64,000 bases of DNA, taken from NCBI GenBank assembly GCA_002633005.1, contig NMRA01000020.1:1521650-1585649 (forward strand), in the 5' to 3' direction. How positions within the stretch are numbered: the stretch's first letter is position 1; every line of letters starts with the position of its first letter. The position numbers and the translations under genes were made by a program. The DNA comes from Phoronis australis. Its lineage: Eukaryota > Animalia > Phoronida. The notes beneath the pieces are model-generated. The model was not told the DNA's origin and did not search any database. It saw only the letters and a list, made by a program, of their open reading frames with translations. Positions 24,191-36,300 of the stretch are shown piece after piece.

Positions 24191-24771
24191 CTGCAATACA
24201 CAACTCGGGTGAGATTGCATCCATTTTGAACTAGTTTTCCCTGCTGCAGGAAGATCAAGAAACAATACAAGCAGGGTATCACCCAAACTCTTATTTCTTG
24301 CCATGCACATTGAAGCTGACAATGCCAGGCTACATGAATAGGTAGCCTTTAAAATGCCTGAATCAATAATTATCTAGTGCAGTAACAAATTGGCATAAAG
24401 TCAAAGAGCATGGAATGTTCAGCCAGCATCTTAGTGATTGCCATTTTCCTTCCCAATTTCAGCCCACCCATACTTTCAACAGTGGTAACTCGGGGTCGAC
24501 CTGGCAGAGTTACTGAAGAAAGGTACCTCACTTTAATACAGTGAGTAGACACAGAACTTGCATTAGGGGCTGTTGGTGAGATAAAAATAGAATGTGATTA
24601 AAGTGAGTGCATGCATTTCCAGGTAGGACAACTATTGAATTGCTAGCCCCTCATTGACACCTAGCTTTTGACATAATTTCAAGATGTTTTTGATCAATTA
24701 ACCAAATAAATGTTTTCTATACAAATCTGACGGACCTGGAATTTTTGATAGGATTTTGTCACATTTCCTCA

Positions 24772-24942
<171 letters not shown>

Positions 24943-25492
24943 TTACAAAGTTATAGGCAAATTAGTTTTTGTTTATCAACAGCACCTCTGTAATTTGTGT
25001 GCAACTTCTGAGTTACCATGGGCACAATAGGTACAACAGTTATACATCAATTCTTTACTTATTTTGCACAAAAAATTGAACAAATTGGAATTTTTCAAAC
25101 GGTGGTTGCCTTGCAGCAAATAATCGAAATTATTCCATGTGTTCTTTCACAGCGCCCTCATGTGACCAGAATGGCACTGCAAATGTTAACACCACGATGC
25201 TGAGATTTTCTGATTTGAACCTCACAAAAAGTAAACACACTTAGGTGGTCTGCAATATTCAGATCCCAAACCACATGAATCACAATTACCCAAGTTATTT
25301 TTTATTCAAAGTGACTTCCCCACATCCCCCCTCCCATGCCAACTTTACTGGGCCCTGGGAGGTGTTCCATCATAACCTTCACAGAAAGAAAAACAGAAAT
25401 GCTAGCAGAAACATACATTTTTTTAAAATTAGCCTTTTAAAATGAAAAAATGACGACGTGATATAGATGTTACTGTGACATACCTTAATAAG

Positions 25493-25685
25493 GTGAAATA
25501 TTGATGTAATGTGAAATATTGACGTAATGTGAAATATTGACGTAATGTGAAATATTGACGTAATGTGAAATATTGACGTAATGTGAAATATTGATGTAAT
25601 GTGAAATATTGATGTAATGTGAAATATTGATGTAATGTGAAATATTGATGTAATGTGAAATATTGATGTAATGTGAAATATTGAT
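25493..25685. repeat. 18-bp minisatellite, about 11 copies
   Basis: Unit gtgaaatattga(t/c)gtaat repeated head to tail with no spacers. Confidence 0.95.
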
Positions 25686-25741
25686 ATGTAACAAACACTA
25701 AAACGATCTTCAAGAGGTAGGTGACTATTTCACATCATTAA

Positions 25742-27213
<1,472 letters not shown>

Positions 27214-28384
27214 CTAGACAAGTACAAAGTAACAAAGACGTCAGACACACTTCTTTATTCTGGCTAGTTTGCTATAAAAATCAGACATGGCTGTAAACTA
27301 GACATCCTTCAGCTAGCAGTAGAAAATATATCTGAAACTAAATAAGGCGATCCAGATCCTCCCAAGGATACTATTGTTTCGTGAAATGAAGAATATAAAT
27401 CGGTAAATAAAACAACAAGAATGGATCAACTGAAATTTGAAATTTTCGGAGGTAACAACTTCCTTTATCAACAAAAACAGAAATAAAGTAAAATCAAACA
27501 CGAAATGACAATTGACATATAANAAACGCTCTGTGAAGCATTCCTGGAAATAACAATACAGGAACAGTGAGCTAGACAAGTACAAAGTAACAAAGACGTC
27601 AGACACACTTCTTTATTCTGGATAGTTTGCTATAAAAATCAGACATGGCTGTAAACTAGACATCCTTCGGCTAGCGGCATACATATGTAATGGGACCGTC
27701 GTGTAGTGATGGAGTTGTGAGTCAAGTCTATGTTCGTTTCCAGAAGTTAGATTGATCAGTTGTATTTTAAAGGGGTGTCTATTGGTGAATCCCCTTATTA
27801 TTTTTAACTTTGAATTTTGATTTGTTTGAGACCCCTATTTCAACATAATTTGGTACATTCATAGCCCGAATTGCCTATAACAATGGGTCCCATGCACTCA
27901 GACTTTGGATTCTGCCGGGTCACGATCCTATCCGCAAGCAATTCCAACTAAACTAACCAATTGTCTTTCTTTGGGTCTTTATATTCTACCTTAAACTTTT
28001 TGGCCTATTTTTCAAGCTCAGATATTTATCTTGTGAGATTTTGCTTAAAGCCAAGATGACGACGGAAGCTAATGATGTGTTGTAAGTTTGTAGATTTGTA
28101 TTTTATATTTAACGCTTAATAAAGTCATTTTATCATGTATATTTTTCTCTTGTTTCACTCTCTATCACGTTGTCACCATGGTTGTCTCGTATGCGATACA
28201 AAAAAGAGTGAAAAAGTAAACTACGCTGCAATAATTATTATCGGCTACCAACAGTCGACTTCAGTTACTAAGTAGGTCGCTCCACCAATTGTCGTTACAC
28301 ATATAATAAGCCAATAGTCAGTGCCGCATGAAAAAACAAATGCTCACATGTTACGTAGATTAACTTCCTATGACTGCTATCTTA

Positions 28385-28672
<288 letters not shown>

Positions 28673-28873
28673 GATATGGCATTACCACAGGAAAATTACC
28701 CTATGAGAAAGCATGTAACCTACAGACATCTTTCTTCAAAGGTGGTGNTTGACTGATTGCAATCATACATTCATGCAACCTGCAGCCTGTGCGTTGGATG
28801 GCCCATGCTGATGGCTACATTAGCAGCTGCGGGTACCGGACCGTGGGCAGGCAGGGTCGAATAGAGTCATAAA

Positions 28874-28959
28874 CAGTGACCACCGTCTCTATTCTACAGT
28901 CTCTACTCCGTCTACTGGGTACTGGGTCAGCTACTGTGAGTTAGAGACGGTGGTCACTG
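28874..28959. repeat. Short hairpin / mini-MITE in IDI1 intron 1
   Basis: Perfect 18-bp inverted repeat CAGTGACCACCGTCTCTA / TAGAGACGGTGGTCACTG with further imperfect inner pairing. Confidence 0.75.
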
Positions 28960-29058
28960 ACAGTAGGACTAGGGCAGTAGGAGTAGGAGAATGGCTTGCA
29001 CAAGCCGACAAGGTCATTTTCAATTCACGCGAGACTAACCTGCTAACCAACGGCTTAC

Positions 29059-29171
29059 CGGATAGGCCTACTAGTCCTCAGAACTTTGCTATAACACGAC
29101 GTCAGCTCAGGTGATGCTAGCCACTCCGCAAGGCACGGAACTACGCCAATCAAATTGCGAAGAAACATCAT
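29059..29171 (-). CDS. IDI1: IDI1 putative exon 1 encoding an N-terminal presequence-like extension
   Basis: ATG ATG at 29171, no stop, strong CG|gtaagc donor in phase 2 that joins exon 2 in frame: MMFLRNLIGVVPCLAEWLASPELTSCYSKVLRTSRPIR|FQSSQKRM. Confidence 0.72.
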
Positions 29172-29949
29172 CGAACGACAGGAATCGGACGATCACCGCC
29201 TCGTTTTCGAAGGGATTTCCTAGGCTAAAAATATCATGTCGCCAGGGGGCGAGACCGTCTCATCCATGAGCACAGTAGCCAAGAACTGGGGTTTCAGGTT
29301 GCACGTCGAGCCGAGCCAAGGCTGGAATTTTAAAGTCCCGTTTACATGCAGCATTTTCACACCCGTTTGTAAATATATACCATACGCAAATCTAAACGCG
29401 GGTGTAAATGTAAATCTATATCGCGTTCGTATGGCCATGGGGGAAAAGAAAAGCAATATTTGCGCTAAGTACCGTCGGCCGGGTCTATGGCTGGTAGCCG
29501 GGCCGGCGTTACTGTTTCCAGTCGCAGCCGCAAATCGACACGAGCTAGTAAAGAGAAGATTCTTATTGAACAATTGCCTTGAACCTGGGTAGGCCTGAGG
29601 CTCGGATATCGATCACCACAGGAAAGTTTTTGGAACTATCTCGCAATATGATACGACAAGAACCGGTTGAGGACATGACCTGCAGTTTGATATTGGTCCT
29701 AGGACATGACACAAAGACGAAGGGTTGTTTGAAATTGTCAAGTGGCAGATGCATTTCTATAGGCCTACTTATTTTGTCAAGAAGTTCTCGAACGGTATTA
29801 CAAACAAATAAGAACTGAAATTCACCTGTCAGCCAAGTCGTAATCATGAATGCGTATACCGAGAAAGTGCCGAGTACTCTGAACAGCGCTGTTGGCCGGT
29901 AACCTGGCGGATAGAGTGAGGCCTACGTCAAGCATTATGGTTTTATTTG

Positions 29950-30119
29950 CAACTAATTAATTTACACCGCTATAAATTAATTCACCCCGCGCATACAATT
30001 AATTTACTCCGTTAAAGGTTAATTTGCACCACAAACAATTAATTTACGATGTTCTTTAACAAGAATTAATTTACGCACATAATTTAGTGCGTAGCGACCC
30101 ATTTCATTGGCCAACTATA
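29950..30119. mobile_element. 3' half of the IS3EU-like MITE family
   Basis: aattaatttac sub-repeats ending in ttggccaactata, matching the right end of 41392-41881. Confidence 0.6.
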
Positions 30120-30700
30120 CAGACATATATTTCGTGTCATGCGTGGACATATTTCTTTGCTCCGCGGGGACGGAGCAACCACTCGATCCGGCAGGCCCCG
30201 TTCTCGTCCCGGCGACCGTTCGTGAAGACTGACGCAGAAATCGGTCACTCGTTTTCAACACAGGATGCATTCCTGCCACGTCTGTGAATCAGTATTATAC
30301 GCCAGTGAGTGCAGGGTAAACCTGCGGTGTTTGTCAACCTTAATTGCCTTCAAATTCCGCTACCTGTCCGCTCAACAGGGGTAACTCGGCGCCGTTTGAA
30401 TGGCTGGTGTACAAGACAGGTACGGTCGTTTCTCTGAAAGTTCGTACACTGAACGGTATTAACTTGTTTTTCCGAACCCTTAATTGACAGCTTCGTCAGT
30501 GTTCCAGTTCATAGCGACAAAACCTGTTATACGAACTATTAGAAATAAAAGTCGATCGTTCGCAACACCGATTAATAACTGTACAATACATTGCTGAGGG
30601 CAACCATCAGGTTTGGTCGCAAAATGTGAATCATATTACCACAAGTAACAAATTATTGTCCCGGATGATGGATTTACTTCAAGACCTCCGCTGTCCGGGG

Positions 30701-31822
30701 CCGGCCGAGTCAGCCACACCCCAAGGCTGGCCTACGGACTATAATGTACGAAGTGTAGAGTGAAATGATCGTAGCCTTACTGTTACGCCATCCCGTTCTA
30801 GTGTAGGAGGTGTTGGTGCGTTTTTGTTACACAGTTTTGCATACAAACAGAAATAACGAAATGTTGTACAATTACCTCGGTTCGAGGCACTGACGTCGCG
30901 TTGTTACAGGACGCAATTTTGGCATCACCAGTATCCGGTCTGGTATGGGCGTTAGTCGTTCATTTGAGATGCCTATCCCGCATTTGTTATCAGAACGTCG
31001 TACGATTGTGTAACAGCTTGTCCATGCAGCGTGAATGAAGATCTCTTGTCTGCACCAAGCGCGACTGCCATGCACCACGACTTTCTGATGAGACAAACAC
31101 CAAGTCGGTACATTGTAGGTTTGTTTACCCAGTGTCAAATGAACTACTCGTACAACACTATCGTGTGTGCACAGTCATAATTTCTGCCATCCTTTTTAAC
31201 ACACGTTTATACTGTGAATACAAAAGGCGTACAATCACGCATCGCAAATGCTGTCGTCATTNCCGGCCGAGTCAGCCACACCCCAAGGCTGGCCTACGGA
31301 CTATAATGTACGAAGTGTAGAGTGAAATGATCGTAGCCTTACTGTTACGCCATCCCGTTCTAGTGTAAGAGGTGTTGGTGCGTTTTTGTTACACAGTTTT
31401 GCATACAAACAGAAATAACGAAATGTTGTACAATTACCTCGGTTCGAGGCAGTGACGTCGCGTTGTTACAGGACGCAATTTTGGCACCACCAGTATCCGG
31501 TCTGGTATGGGCGTTAGTCGTTCATTTGAGATGCCTATCCCGCATTTGTTATCAGAACGTCGTACGATTGTGTAAGAGCTTGTCCATGCAGCGTCAATGA
31601 AGATCTCTTGTCTGCACCAAGCGCGACTGCCATGCACCACGACTTTCTGATGAGACAAACACCAAGTCGGTACATTGTAGGTTTGTTTACCCAGTGTCAA
31701 ATGAACTACTCGTACAACACTATCGTGTGTGCACAGTCATAATTTCTGCCATCCTTTTTAACACACGTTTATACTGTGAATACAAAAGGCGTACAATCAC
31801 GCATCGCAAATGCTGTCGTCAT
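30701..31822. other. 560-bp tandem duplication across a single-N gap (haplotype-overlap artefact)
   Basis: 30701-31260 and 31263-31822 differ by about five substitutions and abut the N at 31262. Confidence 0.8.
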
Positions 31823-32355
31823 GGACTATTTGTTTGATGACTAATTGAATAGAACCCCGGCTATAGCAATCTACTTGACATAACATCTGTCAACACCAAA
31901 ATATTTTGATGATGGTGTCCGCTTTTGCAACGACGTCAATTAACTTTCTTCTCTAGAAATTATTTTCTTAAATTTTACACTTAACATCGTAAAATAATTT
32001 TGATTACAAGTCATCTATTAATTTTTATTTTGGATCTCAGGATTTAATGTTTTATTTTCATTTTTTTTTTCTTTTTGACAGAGTTTGTTATTTGTCAAAC
32101 CAATGGACAACGATTTACACGACTCTCAATAGCACGCCGCGTAACCCCAACGTCGCTATCAGCGGCAATGGGCTGTATCGTTGGCCACTGAACCAATAAC
32201 GGGAATAACACCATACGTCGGAAGGATATGAGGCCATTCAGCCAGATCCGGACCTTGATGCTTTAAAACTTCAGGTTCGTACCCTGTGTTGCCAAGACCA
32301 TGTCTTGTAAGATGCGGAAAGGCAAGGTGGGAATTAAGCCAGGCGCGTGCGAGTC

Positions 32356-32759
32356 CAGAGGTACCACAAAATCACACACGCATCGCATCTAACGCATGAA
32401 CCACCTACGAACCTATATATGAATCACGCATACGAACCCATGAATGGTGCATACGAACCGTCCCAAAAATCACGCATACGAACAAAAATCATGCGCACGG
32501 ACCACAAAAATCACAAATGCGAACACAAATCATATGTACGAGCATCCACGAACCACCTGTTCGTGCGTATGATTCGATGCTCGTGTGTATGATTTTGAGT
32601 TCGTATGTAAGATTTTTGTGGTTCGTACACATGGCTTTTGTTCATATTCGTGATTTTTGGGTTCATATGCATGATTCATGGGTACCTAGGCCTACATAGG
32701 CTCGTAGGTGGTTCGTGCGTAACTGCGATGCTCGTGCGTATGATTGTATGGTACCCCTG
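32356..32759. mobile_element. Palindromic MITE with CAG..CTG ends and 5-bp TSD (hAT5-like)
   Basis: TIR CAGAGGTACCA / TGGTACCCCTG; TSD GAGTC at 32351-32355 and 32760-32764; the interior is inverted catacgaacc/aaaatca sub-repeats. Confidence 0.8.
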
Positions 32760-32815
32760 GAGTCATCCATTTATCTGTACATTATTTCATGCTTAGTTCT
32801 GGAGCACTGATACGC

Positions 32816-32985
32816 CGTAAAATGTAACAATTTCGTAAAATGTAACAGTTGTTACATTTTACGTAATTGTTACATTTTACGTTTCCAGGCCTCTCCTAAA
32901 ATGTAACAAGTTGTTACATTTTATGCAATTAATACAATTTACGTCGAATGCATATGCCAGAAATGTACCATTGTTACATTTTACG
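32816..32985. repeat. Cluster of direct and inverted GTAAAATGTAACAA motifs (DNA transposon subterminal remnant)
   Basis: At least seven copies of gtaaaatgtaaca or tgttacattttac. Confidence 0.6.
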
Positions 32986-33838
32986 AAAGCGACGTCATAT
33001 TTCATGAGAATGCATGGTATTTGTCACACGGAAAAACGGTTCACATACTTAACGGCTTCTTTTTTAGATTATTTGAATGAACTAATTCTGTCAAATATGC
33101 CAGCTCGAATTTATAGATGTGTCCCTACATGTATGTGCTTTCCATTATTTTTAACATGAATAATTCTTGGCATAGTCACAAATGTACCCCGTACAGTTTG
33201 AACTCTAAGCGAAAGGAGTTTCCAGGATCAGGTAACAAGTTTTTTATTGTTAAAACGTTCGGCTTGCAATCTTTTGTTGGTGCTCAAGGGTTATATATCA
33301 ATGTGTATCCGGCATTACAGTAAACACATTTCCCTTGGTAAGCACAACAGAAGCAATGGCATTTTGGCTAATATTTATCGTATTTCTTCGGGAACAAACG
33401 ACCATAACAAAAAAATTACGGAGAATTCAATTTCGGAAGCCAATTTGATACAAAAAACACTCGTTTTAGTCCACTATAGTTTGATATATTTCAGCTAGTG
33501 TTTCATTGCCTTGGAGTCTTTGCTAATGCAGTAATTGTCCTGTTCTACACCAAATGAGCGAGACCAAAGTTTCTGATGGCGACGTATTACAATTTCTTAA
33601 AGTGTACACAACATGACTCTAGTACCTCAAAACAAATTTTATTATTATATCTTACTTGATTTCAGTGCCTTTAGTGCACAGCTCATAAAGAAACACGCAA
33701 AAATTAAAAAAAATAATAATTATGTACAACGTCATGGGTTGAACCCAAGTCGTTCGACATACTTTTCGGATCAGAGACAAAGTGTATAGAGTGAAGTGAA
33801 AGTAAAGTACATTTAGCGTCGAGAAGGTTCGTAGAGGG

Positions 33839-34100
33839 ATCAAAAGATGTGTTTCCGGAGGCTGCAGCAACAGCAGCCAGGCGGAGAACGTCTCGGTGTT
33901 CCGAAGGACACCAAAGTTGCGCAGAAGTGGCATCGCTTCGTGCGCCGAACGAGAGTGTGGGACCTCATCGTGGACCAAACGATTCGGTCCGGGGCCACTC
34001 TGTGTTCTACTTTGAGGACTCGTGTTTCGACTACAGGCACAGGAGATGTTACGACGAAGGCCTGTTCAATAAAGGACAATATTTATCATTCAGAAACATC
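33839..34100 (+). pseudogene. Frameshifted THAP domain
   Basis: Joining three frames gives KRCVSGGCSNSSQAENVSVF / PKDTKVAQKWHRFVRRTRVWD...ATLCS / FEDSCFDY, the THAP C2CH pattern with conserved P and W (the His codon is lost at the second frameshift). Confidence 0.72.
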
Positions 34101-34105
34101 GGCTC

Positions 34106-34354
34106 TTAATTCAGGATCGTCTGTTGGATGACTGGGTTGACTCGCCGAGCCCGAGGTCGCTTCTCTCGCGGGAGGATCCAGTACGTAAGGCTCAAAGTAG
34201 AAAAGTACGCACCCGGAAGCACTTCAAACTTGTTCTCGCTTTCGTGCAACCCCATTTCCTCATCCTGGCCACCATTCCCGTACGTTTCTTCATAGTATTC
34301 ATTCAATTCTTGCTCATAATCGTCGTCGCTTTCAAATTCACTGCTCTGCGCCAT
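34106..34354 (-). pseudogene. Acidic N-terminal ORF remnant, possibly the Kolobok accessory (KolX-like) gene
   Basis: MAQSSEFESDDDYEQELNEYYEE...GAYF, then frameshifted YFEP. It is convergent with the THAP ORF inside the same TTAA-flanked element. Confidence 0.4.
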
Positions 34355-35590
34355 TGTTCAATGCTAGTCACTGATCTCTTGTGTTCAACCCATGACGTCA
34401 CATGGCGGGAAATGTGAAAATTGGCAAAATTGAAAGAAAAATCAAAATTTCGAGATAATTACACAAAATAAACAAGGGTTTAGCTAAATTTTACGTCATG
34501 CATTTAGTCTGTGGCCACCGGTAATTCAAAATGTGCAAAAATCCATGGTGTGTACTGTTTAAAAACATTGTGGAGGAAGGAAATAAAAGCACACATTTAT
34601 CTGCAGGCAGGTTCACAGATTGTATCCAGTGCAACAGCAAAAGATCGCCTTTGAGAAGGGCGAGCCAATAGTTGTAAAATGTGGCGGCGTAGTCCCGTGT
34701 TTTAAACAACTTAAAAAGCTGAAAGAAAGCCGGCTAAAGATTTTGGAATCGCTATTGACCAGTCACGAAAAAACTGTGTTGAATGAGCAGCTCACAGGTG
34801 TGTACCGCACGCGGCCTTCCCTACCGTGTGTTGCATTCACACTCTCTGCTTGTATACCTCTCTTCCCGCTGTCACGTGTATTTCACTGTTTATTTCGCTA
34901 TGTATATGTTCAATCCATTGATAGCCTGATGATGAGACATGCAGTCTCGAAATATAGCTAGTGTTTTAATTTGTTTGTTTATGTCTCTCGGTGTTTTACT
35001 TCATACCTGCACGCCTGAAGAAAAGAGACTGTTCTGAAATTACGAGCGTACCAGTATCAAGCTTGCAAACAAAATGTCTTGAGCACGCGCAACAATTGCA
35101 TGTTCAGCAAAGGGCATTGCACCGACATTTATACGCTATGAAAAATAAGACGCATAATTTCCATAAAAACGATATTTTAATTCAGTGAAATTTTTCTCTC
35201 GTGTTCTCTCACTTTTAAATCACCAATCTCCGATTAGAATGCGGGTGTCGTGTCGTCGGGATCCTTTGACTTGAGCATTATAGTCAGTTACTAGTGGTAA
35301 CCTACTTTAGCAGACGATATTTTCCCGGTCGAAGCTTAGCGTGATAAAATGTGTAGTAAGCTATAATAGTTGCTAAACCTTAAGTTATGGATTCACTTTA
35401 TTTCTATTTTGTTTTATTTTTCAATTGGTTTTGAGTAAAAACATTATTTGACAAAAATAGTTAGGCTTTTATTAAAAGGTCACGACCTCCGACCCCGGGC
35501 CTCTGACATAGAAAGTAGTTACAAAGCCGAGACAACTCGAGAGAGGTAGATCGTTTCATTGCAATGTTTCTCGTTCAGTATGTGGTATGA

Positions 35591-35754
35591 ATAGATTATT
35601 ACATGTTCTCAGTCGTTATCCCCCTTATCTAGAGCCCTCGTGGATTTTGTAGAATTATCACCCTCGGGGCTAAGGCCCCTCGGGCGATAAATCTCCAAAA
35701 TCCACTCGGGCTCTTGATAACGGGGGATAACGACTTCGCAATGTAATAATCTAT
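35591..35754. mobile_element. Fully palindromic short element, resembling non-autonomous Crypton-type palindromes
   Basis: atagattattacat...gtcgttatcccc...ccctcggggctaaggcccctcggg...ggggataacgac...atgtaataatctat. The superfamily is inferred only from the motif. Confidence 0.6.
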
Positions 35755-36094
35755 ATTTATTAACCAGTCGTGTCGTAACACATTCCAGGTCATGTGAAAA
35801 ATCTTTTTATTTCCCAGGTCACGGTACATGGCTAGGTAAATTGTGGCGGATTATTTTTGCCGTAAAATATGTTATTCGAAATATGCAGAAATTAACACAC
35901 CTTTCTTTAATCACCGTAACTTACGCTTCCAATTTATCTTGGCTGAATATTCACCTAGTTAATTAAAACCACTAAACTTGTTCCTAAGTGAACAATGCAT
36001 TTACATTGAGCACATTTTGGGACACCCTGTAAAACTGTCTGAATTTCTTCAATATCTTTGAGAGTTGTTTCAAATAGGCAAAAGTTGTCTAGCC

Positions 36095-36300
36095 TGAGTG
36101 TACTTTGGTTTTTGGGATCGAATGATAGATATTTCCCCAACTTCAGCCTGCAACCAAATTCACTGAAACATCATCGATTCTTATCTCCAAATGATCAAAA
36201 CTTTATCTATGAATCGGTTGCTTTGCGTAAATACATAAACATGTAAATCATAAACCAAAACATCGTTGTTTATCAAAACAGAACCTTGTAAACAATTCTC
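36095..36300 (+). repeat. Diverged dispersed repeat, second copy at about 62090-62295
   Basis: Colinear shared blocks gtacttt...tt(t/g)gggatc...attcactgaaacatc...gtaaatca.aaaccaaa...tgtttatcaaaac. Confidence 0.6.

Larger units (their letters stand above)
33601..34558. mobile_element. Second, older Kolobok-like non-autonomous element with convergent ORF remnants
   Basis: TTAA at 33597-33600 and 34559-34562; imperfect TIR AGTGTACACAACATG / CATGGTGTGTACTGT; perfect 16-bp subterminal inverted repeat ACGTCATGGGTTGAAC (33729-33744 and 34383-34398); THAP remnant on +. Confidence 0.7.

Noticed and set aside
25493-25685. Regular 18-bp repeats and their HQYFTL/HYINIS ORFs, as a CRISPR array or repeat protein
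   Set aside because: There are no unique spacers and the context is a eukaryotic intron; it is a simple minisatellite.
27524-27560. Second copy of the IDI1 exon 3 start as another mutually exclusive exon
   Set aside because: It is identical in sequence, truncated at the N gap and has no donor site, so it is an assembly artefact, unlike the diverged and complete GALNT exon B.
29220-29920. Overlapping 79-118-aa ORFs upstream of IDI1 as a divergent gene
   Set aside because: There is no recognisable homology or supportable exon chain; this is likely CpG-rich promoter sequence.
30701-31822. Tandem duplicated 88-aa ORFs (30872-31138 and 31434-31700) as a gene pair
   Set aside because: The duplication abuts a single N and differs by about 1%, typical of an allelic contig overlap. 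The ORFs have no recognisable domain.
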